This document shows, in pieces, positions 28,438 to 34,379 of a stretch of DNA of 64,000 nt; the stretch's first letter is position 1; every line of letters begins with the position of its first letter. The DNA comes from Deinococcales bacterium (GTDB lineage: Bacteria > Deinococcota > Deinococci > Deinococcales > JAAFIG01). Below the pieces are notes generated by a model, which did no database searches, was not told the DNA's origin, and worked only from the letters and a program-made list of their open reading frames with translations. The position numbers and the translations under genes are program-made. The stretch is taken from contig JANNVX010000088.1 of the NCBI GenBank assembly GCA_031414595.1, positions 29,787 to 93,786 on the forward strand, given 5' to 3'.

Positions 28438-28701
28438 ATGATACACCAAGCCACCCCAAGCACTCGAGTAGAACGCATCACTCACAGAATGCTCGAGAAG
28501 AACGCCCAAGCCTTAGAAGTCGTTTACTCAGACAGCCCATACAATGATGCTCGAGTAGAACGCCGTTTAACCCTCACCCTCAACAATGGAATGCTCACAG
28601 CTACACGCGGCACTGGTCGCACAATAGATAACCTTGAGGAAGTTTTAGAAACCGCGTACCAGAACATCATCTCAGTAACACCAAGGACGGTGAGGGCATG
28701 A
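28438..28701 (+). CDS. hypothetical protein (island)
   Basis: 87-aa ORF with AAGGAG 8 nt upstream. First gene of a translationally coupled set. Confidence 0.45.
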   Translation: MIHQATPSTRVERITHRMLEKNAQALEVVYSDSPYNDARVERRLTLTLNNGMLTATRGTGRTIDNLEEVLETAYQNIISVTPRTVRA

Positions 28702-29033
28702 CCGCCCTCACTTCCCCAAGGACAGTACAAACCCGTCCTCTGGGTCGCACTGTTCTAACTGGTTGCCTCTCGCTATTCATTCCAACTACTGGCACAAAAC
28801 CAGAAGCTCAAGCCAAACTCAAGACCGTACTCAAAACCATCCGCCCAATTCTCAAGCAGTACAGCAACATCAAAGCCCCACGCTTAACCACGCTCGAGGG
28901 ACACCGCATCATCAAAGTAGAATTCTTTGCCATGCCGTGGCGTTTGGTTTGTCGGCTCGAGGATGCACTGATTGCCGTCAGTGGTTGTCAACTTGGCAAG
29001 GTGTACCAACTGCAAAGGATGGTTACAGCATGA
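28698..29033 (+). CDS. hypothetical protein (island)
   Basis: 111-aa ORF. ATGA overlap with the previous gene. Confidence 0.45.
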   Translation: MTALTSPRTVQTRPLGRTVLTGCLSLFIPTTGTKPEAQAKLKTVLKTIRPILKQYSNIKAPRLTTLEGHRIIKVEFFAMPWRLVCRLEDALIAVSGCQLGKVYQLQRMVTA

Positions 29034-29332
29034 ATACCCTTACTTTTAATTGTGATTGCTGTGGTGCAGTCACCCCTGCTATGCCAGTTTTAGGTTTGTC
29101 TTCATTAAATAAGCGCTCAGATTGTCCAAAATGCCTTGCCCATGAATTACTTTACGATGCCGCCTTAAACCATCTCGAAGAAGCCCAAGACCGTTTAATT
29201 CGGGAATGGGTAGCTTACTGGGTTGCTGCTGGTGTCAAAAGAGAATCCCTTCTTGACTCTGACCCACATCTACACAGTTGTGAAGCCGCAGAACGCACCA
29301 TTGAAGCCATTAGAAAAGAGGTAGGGGCATGA
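29030..29332 (+). CDS. hypothetical protein with two Cys pairs (zinc-ribbon-like)
   Basis: ATGA-coupled start at 29030. MNTLTFNCDCCG...CPKC arrangement. Confidence 0.45.
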   Translation: MNTLTFNCDCCGAVTPAMPVLGLSSLNKRSDCPKCLAHELLYDAALNHLEEAQDRLIREWVAYWVAAGVKRESLLDSDPHLHSCEAAERTIEAIRKEVGA

Positions 29333-29595
29333 CCATAAACACCGCCGATCTACCTTTTATTCGTCTTTACATCCTGACCAAAGCCTTTGAAGATATTCCC
29401 GCCTCGAGTGAACTACTGGTAGACACTCGCCTGACTGGATTAGAAGTCGGTTCGGTGTACATCCTCGAGCTTGTCACTGGTTGCACCTTGTACCGCGTCC
29501 CTCCGGAGGGTCTGGACTTACCAATTCTCGAGCATCCTGTACGGGTCGTCGGTAAAGTCGTCAGGGTCGCAAATAAAAGAGAGATTCGACTATAG
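29329..29595 (+). CDS. hypothetical protein (island)
   Basis: 88-aa ORF, ATGA-coupled. The C-terminal VRVVGKVVRV is faintly reminiscent of S24/LexA-like beta-barrels. Not assigned. Confidence 0.4.
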   Translation: MTINTADLPFIRLYILTKAFEDIPASSELLVDTRLTGLEVGSVYILELVTGCTLYRVPPEGLDLPILEHPVRVVGKVVRVANKREIRL

Positions 29596-29617
29596 AACTA
29601 CTAAAGAGGATGCAAAC

Positions 29618-29779
29618 ATGAAACACAAACCCGTTCGTATTATCCGCTTATACCGTACTAACCTACTTGTATCCAAAGACGATAACCGCATTATTTTGTT
29701 CATCGGTAATCGTGATTACGCCCTGACCATCCAGAACGCTAAAGCCCTCGCTAATCAACTCCTCGAGGTCACGAAATGA
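29618..29779 (+). CDS. small hypothetical protein (island)
   Basis: 53-aa ORF, ATG at 29618 preceded by AAAGAGGA. Confidence 0.4.
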   Translation: MKHKPVRIIRLYRTNLLVSKDDNRIILFIGNRDYALTIQNAKALANQLLEVTK

Positions 29780-29816
29780 ATTGAATCCTAACCACTGATG
29801 CCAGCCAGTAAAACGA

Positions 29817-29852
29817 AAAAAGCTCCTCGGGCGCGAACTCGAGGAGCTTTTG
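29817..29852. terminator. bidirectional rho-independent terminator
   Basis: AAAAAGCTCCTCG-ggcgcgaact-CGAGGAGCTTTT between convergent genes. Confidence 0.7.
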
Positions 29853-29866
29853 GTATTTATAAGAGA

Positions 29867-30103
29867 CTAAACTGGTTGCTCTTGTTCTTCTAAATCAGAT
29901 TCATTCCAAGCAGGGTCATCCAAGTAGTTTGCACCAAGTTGCAACACTGGTATCGTGGTGTAGCTGTCATTACGTGGTGATTCTAAGTCTGGCACACCGC
30001 GTTCGAGTTGTGGAATGTAACCTTTGAGTATCATTTTGCCACCATCCAAGAATTCTGACTTACCTAAGACTCCAATGGCAAACGCACATTTTGGGCTATC
30101 CAT
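29867..30103 (-). CDS. hypothetical protein, possibly the 3' half of a frameshifted gene
   Basis: 78-aa ORF overlapping the upstream 69-aa ORF by 40 nt in another frame. Confidence 0.35.
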   Translation of the reverse strand: MDSPKCAFAIGVLGKSEFLDGGKMILKGYIPQLERGVPDLESPRNDSYTTIPVLQLGANYLDDPAWNESDLEEQEQPV

Positions 30104-30273
30104 TCGGGCGGCGCAAACTTGATAAAGCCCTCGACAAAACGCCCTGCGTTGGCTTCGTTTATGGCGCGGGTCAGCATGGTGTCAAAGGCAGCAACGTCAA
30201 GTAAACCATCGGCTTTTAACTGCCGTGTTTCCTGCTGTAGCTCCTTCATTTTTTCCCAATTAACCATAAGCAC
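30064..30273 (-). CDS. hypothetical protein, possibly the 5' half of a frameshifted gene
   Basis: 69-aa ORF. Its start lies 25 nt from a 13-bp perfect inverted repeat. Confidence 0.35.
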   Translation of the reverse strand: MLMVNWEKMKELQQETRQLKADGLLDVAAFDTMLTRAINEANAGRFVEGFIKFAPPEWIAQNVRLPLES

Positions 30274-30297
30274 CCTCGAGTAATTTTAGCACTTCGA

Positions 30298-30332
30298 CGA
30301 TTAAAGTATATCTCACTGCTATACTTTAATCG
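30298..30332. promoter_or_regulatory. 13-bp perfect inverted repeat (operator-like)
   Basis: CGATTAAAGTATA-tctcactgc-TATACTTTAATCG. Immediately upstream of the leftward ORF at 30273. Confidence 0.5.
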
Positions 30333-30339
30333 TTTGCCC

Positions 30340-30710
30340 TAAACACAAGTTAATCGCTACGCTCCATGCTTCGCATAAAAAAACGTGTGTTCCGCTTCGC
30401 GGTGAAAAGACTCGAAAAGCTACCAGCACGGGCTGGAGCATCCCTTCAAGGCTGAAGCCAAAGCAGCTCTGGTACTACCCACAAGAGGCTTCTTAGGGGC
30501 GAACTCGCACGGAATCACACAGCAAAAAGCGGCTGTGTGTTCCTAAGCTCGAGGCAACCCAGTAACCAGCTTAAAAACCAAGTCTCGAGTACAACCAACC
30601 CCTAAAGCTGTAAAAATCTGCTCTCGAGCTAACTGCCCCAACCCTATGCTTTAGCTTATTCTTTAAGCCTTTAGCCCCACCCAAAACACTTCAATAAATG
30701 CGTTTTATTG
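30340..30710. other. ORF-free, hairpin-dense region (candidate ncRNA or replication/packaging site)
   Basis: No ORF of 60 aa or more. Contains a CCGC-UUCG-GCGG tetraloop hairpin (30392-30403), GGAAtCACACAGC-aaaaagcg-GCTGTGTGTTCC (30501-30543), and the word GTGTGTTCC twice. Confidence 0.4.
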
Positions 30711-30732
30711 CGTCCAGTACGATATAAACTGC

Positions 30733-30761
30733 TTGACAATTCCACTATAAAATAGTAAACT
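30733..30761 (+). promoter_or_regulatory. promoter P1 for the SLOG/DprA-like gene (apparently leaderless)
   Basis: TTGACA (30733-30738), 17 nt spacer, TAAACT (30756-30761). ATG at 30767 with no Shine-Dalgarno. Confidence 0.5.
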
Positions 30762-30766
30762 ATTAT

Positions 30767-31213
30767 ATGTTTAACAGTCTTATTGTTGCTGTTGTCGGAA
30801 GCCGTCACGGTTCAAACTTACCTGTAGCCCAAGTCTGTTATCACCTTCTTGGGCAGCATTGCCAAATCGTTACGGGTTGCGCGGCTGGTGTAGATCATCA
30901 AGTGCGCCAAGCCATCCCAAACGCCAAGGTTATCAGTGCCATGTCTTTTGTTCGTCGTGGCTTGCCTGTTTCGGCTGCGCTTGCTGCTCGTACCAAAGCA
31001 GTTATCTCGAATAGTCAAGCGGTTTGTATTTTCCCGCCGGCTAATGGCAATCTTGGTCCAGGTTCGTTACTGGCTTTGCAATCAGCACTTAAACAAAACA
31101 TTCCTGTTTGGGTGGCTGGTTCTAAACCACCTACTCAACTGGGTTGGCAACCGTTCGTACTTTCGGGTGTTTCAGGTTGGTTCTTTAATTGTGGTTTAAA
31201 TTCGCTTTTTTAG
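30767..31213 (+). CDS. SLOG-fold / DprA(Smf)-like Rossmann protein (DUF2493-like)
   Basis: 148 aa. VAVVGSRHG ... VTGCAAGVDHQV ... AVCIFPP...GPGSLLALQSALKQNIPVWV mirrors the GxR ... GGAxGxD ... GT layout of DprA/SLOG domains. Confidence 0.6.
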   Translation: MFNSLIVAVVGSRHGSNLPVAQVCYHLLGQHCQIVTGCAAGVDHQVRQAIPNAKVISAMSFVRRGLPVSAALAARTKAVISNSQAVCIFPPANGNLGPGSLLALQSALKQNIPVWVAGSKPPTQLGWQPFVLSGVSGWFFNCGLNSLF

Positions 31214-31235
31214 TGTTCAGTACAATATAAATTAC

Positions 31236-31265
31236 TTGACAAACACACCTATACTGTGTTACTAT
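31236..31265 (+). promoter_or_regulatory. promoter P2, paralogous to P1
   Basis: CAGTACAATATAAATTACTTGACAA matches P1 CAGTACGATATAAACTGCTTGACAA at 22/25. TTGACA (31236-31241) then TACTAT at 18 nt. Confidence 0.5.
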
Positions 31266-31360
31266 TTAAGTCAGAAAGGAGTTTATAGACCGCCAAAAAA
31301 AGAACCCAGTGCGCTAACACTGGGTAAGCAATCCCCCTAAGCAATAGAAAGGAATACACC

Positions 31361-31570
31361 ATGAACAATAGCATTAACCGCTCACTTTTCGCTCGAGCCA
31401 AAACCCTTACTAACGGCGAATGGTCAGACCTGTACCGCGCTTACCTTGGTGGCACACCAAACCCAGTCTATACAGACTCCCGCAGTGGCAAAACCAAAGG
31501 CTTTAGCCGCGCCGAGGTTTCCCTGCTCGAACAACGCCTAGGCACACCACGTCAGCAGGTGGGGGCATGA
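31361..31570 (+). CDS. hypothetical protein (island)
   Basis: 69-aa ORF preceded by AAAGGAA. Confidence 0.4.
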   Translation: MNNSINRSLFARAKTLTNGEWSDLYRAYLGGTPNPVYTDSRSGKTKGFSRAEVSLLEQRLGTPRQQVGA

Positions 31571-31740
31571 CCGCCCCCTTTTCCCTTCCTGCTTACACGC
31601 CCCCAGAAATCTATGGGGACGACTGGGAAGAACTCAAAGCATGGAAACTCGAGGACGAATTAGAAATGGAAACCCAAGCACTCGAATTAGCTGCCAGTCC
31701 GTTCGGAAATGTTCCAGATTCAAGTCCTTTACCGTTCTAA
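31567..31740 (+). CDS. small acidic hypothetical protein (57 aa, below the ORF-track cutoff)
   Basis: Translated by hand: MTAPFSLPAYTPPEIYGDDWEELKAWKLEDELEMETQALELAASPFGNVPDSSPLPF. ATGA-coupled to the previous ORF. Confidence 0.35.
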   Translation: MTAPFSLPAYTPPEIYGDDWEELKAWKLEDELEMETQALELAASPFGNVPDSSPLPF

Positions 31741-31750
31741 AATCGTTCAA

Positions 31751-31776
31751 GCCCTCGAGTTCTTAAGCTCGAGGGC
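31751..31776 (+). other. hairpin built from two CTCGAG copies
   Basis: GCCCTCGAG-ttcttaag-CTCGAGGGC, downstream of the 57-aa ORF. No U-run. Confidence 0.5.
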
Positions 31777-31829
31777 TAAACACTCGCTCCAGCCCGTGCT
31801 GATAGCAAATATCAAAGGAGTTTGACCGC

Positions 31830-32123
31830 ATGACAAAAATCACTAAATACCTAACTGTCACACCATTACGCGAAATGAAAGAACACGCCAAAATCATTTG
31901 GTTATGGTTAATGGACAATCAAAACGTTGCTATCACCATCCGCGACCTTGGCGAACTGCTAAACATGACTCCTTTAACGGTCAGTCGAAGCATCATTGCA
32001 CTTGAACAAAACAAATTACTGACTCGAATCTCCATCAAAGGGATACGCGGTCAATCGTTTTCGTACCAAGCAACAATTCCAAGTACCGTACCGCTCGAGC
32101 CAAAAAAAAGGCATAAATCCTGA
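31830..32123 (+). CDS. winged-helix DNA-binding protein (MarR/DeoR-like)
   Basis: ITIRDLGELLNMTPLTVSRSIIALEQNKLLTRI helix-turn-helix plus wing. 97 aa. Confidence 0.6.
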   Translation: MTKITKYLTVTPLREMKEHAKIIWLWLMDNQNVAITIRDLGELLNMTPLTVSRSIIALEQNKLLTRISIKGIRGQSFSYQATIPSTVPLEPKKRHKS

Positions 32124-32137
32124 TCAGGATTTATGCC
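32110..32137. terminator. bidirectional terminator (28-bp perfect palindrome)
   Basis: GGCATAAATCCTGA|TCAGGATTTATGCC flanked by an A-run on the left, which is a T-run on the minus strand. Confidence 0.7.
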
Positions 32138-32154
32138 AAAAACCAATGGGTTAA

Positions 32155-32499
32155 TTACAGTTTTTGCTCAGGTTCTAAATCATCTGCTTTACGCGGTGCA
32201 GTACCACCGGGTAACAACTCATCACCATTGGGAAGGCTTGGCAAACCAATCCGCGCTCGAGCTTCGTTTAAGGTCAACAAACCATACTGCACATGATATG
32301 CCCGCAGTCCAATACTATCTTCAATACCAAGAGATTTAAGTTTGAACTGAACTAACAAAGGGGCAATGTCAATGTTTAAGTCAGTTAATTTTGTCATTGC
32401 GTCAGCTAGGACAGCGTAGGTTTCGGCTTTCTTCTGCACAAGTTCAGCCTGACCCATATCTAACTCGAGTTGCATTTTTAATTCGGACAAAGTGGACAT
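32155..32499 (-). CDS. hypothetical protein (short, portal-C-terminus-like tail motif)
   Basis: 114 aa. LLTLNEARARIGLPSLPNGDELLPGG resembles the conserved C-terminal segment of many phage portal proteins, but the ORF is far too short to be a portal. Confidence 0.4.
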   Translation of the reverse strand: MSTLSELKMQLELDMGQAELVQKKAETYAVLADAMTKLTDLNIDIAPLLVQFKLKSLGIEDSIGLRAYHVQYGLLTLNEARARIGLPSLPNGDELLPGGTAPRKADDLEPEQKL

Positions 32500-32510
32500 T
32501 TCATTTCTCC

Positions 32511-33131
32511 TTAGCGTTTTGGTCCCTGGCTTGGTTTAGGTGGCGTGTTAGTTGCTTTAGAATCACCAGTGCTTGGTACTGTCGCAGAGGTTAAAGGCTT
32601 AATAGAACCATCGGGATTAAGCCGACTAACAGGAACTCCTAAGCGCTTGGCGGTATCAGCAAGCGTTTCACTACCCGGTGCGGCTACGGTTTTGCCTTTC
32701 TCGAGTTTTGGACGGTTGTTGGTTAGTTTAATGGTGTACCTGATAAAGTTCTTAACCTGATTTGTCCAGTCAAGCTCCACACCTTCGACCACCATGCTCG
32801 AGATTTGCCACAACCTTAACAATGGATGCTCGACCAGTACAGGTACAACCTTATCACCAGTCCCCGGATTCTTATAGGCTTGACGCAAACGCTGTACAGC
32901 TTGTAAATCCTCAGCACTCGAAATAAGCATTTCAAATTCCATCGTTTCTTCTGACCAGCGTGGATCTGGGTAAATCGCACCATTCTTGCCAGGTATCCCC
33001 TCGCGGGTCATCAGTAATTTTGCCCCGAGGCGAACCCGTTGGATTACACCTGGCATTTTGACCCCAGCTATGATTAAGGTTTCCCAAGTTTTCGGGTCTT
33101 CCAATGGTGTAGGTACTTCAATTGCCATCAT
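32511..33131 (-). CDS. hypothetical protein with C-terminal LysM-like segment
   Basis: 206 aa. ETLADTAKRLGVPVSRLNPDG fits the LysM helix-loop-helix pattern. Low-complexity basic tail. Confidence 0.45.
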   Translation of the reverse strand: MMAIEVPTPLEDPKTWETLIIAGVKMPGVIQRVRLGAKLLMTREGIPGKNGAIYPDPRWSEETMEFEMLISSAEDLQAVQRLRQAYKNPGTGDKVVPVLVEHPLLRLWQISSMVVEGVELDWTNQVKNFIRYTIKLTNNRPKLEKGKTVAAPGSETLADTAKRLGVPVSRLNPDGSIKPLTSATVPSTGDSKATNTPPKPSQGPKR

Positions 33132-33679
33132 GCACCCCCAGCAGTTTGGAACGGTTCAACACCATTCCAAACAATGCCATTTTGAACCAGAAAATCTAGT
33201 TTCATGGTTACTAACTTGCTGCTTGTGGACGAACTAAGCGGACGTTTGATAAGACGGCACTCTCGGAGCGTATCCTTAATCACTGGACTAGATACATCAA
33301 CGGATTTACCATTAGGTGAACGAATGCTTTGCGGTGCAGAATAAATCACGGTAAACGTAAAGGGCGGATGAAGGATTCCCGCTTGAAAAAACGGTGCAAA
33401 AACACGTTCGTAATCTTCACGCAGTACCTCGAGACTGGCTTGGGCTTTGTAATTCCCAATGCCAATATCTTTAGGGGCAATTCCAGCCCCATAGGATTCT
33501 TCTAAAGCCAGTTCGTCAGAGTAATCAATACTGGTAAAGGCAATAGCTCGAGCATTCTTTTGTTCTTCGGGTTTCCTTGGGTTAGACCGATGCACGTACA
33601 ATTCAAGTCGAGTGAAACTATAGAAAACACGATTAACAAATTCACCACTAAAACTATTTTGAGCTTGTTGCATGGTCAA
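33128..33679 (-). CDS. hypothetical protein (beta-rich, possibly tail-tube-like)
   Basis: 183 aa, coupled to the LysM-like gene. The tube-like idea rests only on size, context and composition. Confidence 0.4.
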   Translation of the reverse strand: MTMQQAQNSFSGEFVNRVFYSFTRLELYVHRSNPRKPEEQKNARAIAFTSIDYSDELALEESYGAGIAPKDIGIGNYKAQASLEVLREDYERVFAPFFQAGILHPPFTFTVIYSAPQSIRSPNGKSVDVSSPVIKDTLRECRLIKRPLSSSTSSKLVTMKLDFLVQNGIVWNGVEPFQTAGGA

Positions 33680-33718
33680 TCCTCCTTTTTGTCACCCTTT
33701 TGTAGAGGGTCTTTGGGT

Positions 33719-34195
33719 TTAGTCGTCTTCAAACCTAAGGTCGTCGTCTAGGTCGTCGTCAAGGTCGTCGCCAGCGTCCCCTATCAGTGCTTTGTATTCA
33801 TCCATAGACAGGTACTCAACATCTGGCTTTTGTGCTTTCGCTCTTGGTGGCTTGGGTACTGCCTCGAGTCTCGCGTACATTGCACAGGCTTGGACTACAG
33901 CATGGGCTGCTGCGATTCGGTCAGATGCGGATTGCTTGGCATCTTCGGCAATAACTCGAGCGCATTCTGTGGCACTAGACAGCGCTTTTAATGCCTGTTC
34001 GCGGTTCATTGGTTTTCGTCTCGAGTGTCTTGCTGTGCGAGTGCTTGCCATAATTGTTAGTGTCTCACCCCCTGTGGTGTCGCATATGGTGTTTTGTTGC
34101 CCCTGTTTTGCCGCTCTTTTGTTGCTCGGTTTTAGTGGGTCATGCTTTCGCCTTGCCTTTGATGTACTCGAGGTATGAATGCTCGAGTACATCAT
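33719..34195 (-). CDS. hypothetical protein with acidic DDLDDDLDDDLRFEDD tail
   Basis: Maximal ORF of 158 aa. A more likely start is the Met at 34051 (MASTRTARH...). The 3' end is a 12-bp tandem repeat. Confidence 0.4.
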   Translation of the reverse strand: MMYSSIHTSSTSKARRKHDPLKPSNKRAAKQGQQNTICDTTGGETLTIMASTRTARHSRRKPMNREQALKALSSATECARVIAEDAKQSASDRIAAAHAVVQACAMYARLEAVPKPPRAKAQKPDVEYLSMDEYKALIGDAGDDLDDDLDDDLRFEDD

Positions 34196-34379
34196 TTGAA
34201 TAATTGCTTAGGTACTGGTTTAAGGCTTTGAGTTGGTCTGGTGTGAGGTCGTCAAGGCTTTTGAGTTTGCCAGTATGCCCAATCAAATAAGCGACGAATA
34301 GCCTTGTGGTTGTTTGCTTTGCTGCCCGTATCACTGGGATGCTGTTCAGGCGCACCCATGCCAAGCTCGAGGCTTTCAT
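34140..34379 (-). CDS. hypothetical protein (island)
   Basis: 79-aa ORF, 4-nt overlap with the helicase-like gene stop. Confidence 0.35.
   Translation of the reverse strand: MKASSLAWVRLNSIPVIRAAKQTTTRLFVAYLIGHTGKLKSLDDLTPDQLKALNQYLSNYSNDVLEHSYLEYIKGKAKA

Noticed and set aside
30424-31801. Invertible promoter switch defined by the 21-bp inverted repeat
   Set aside because: It is not adopted as the primary reading. No dedicated invertase lies in or next to the segment, and the right copy sits where an operator for the wHTH gene would be. It is kept only as an alternative under the SLOG-cassette finding.
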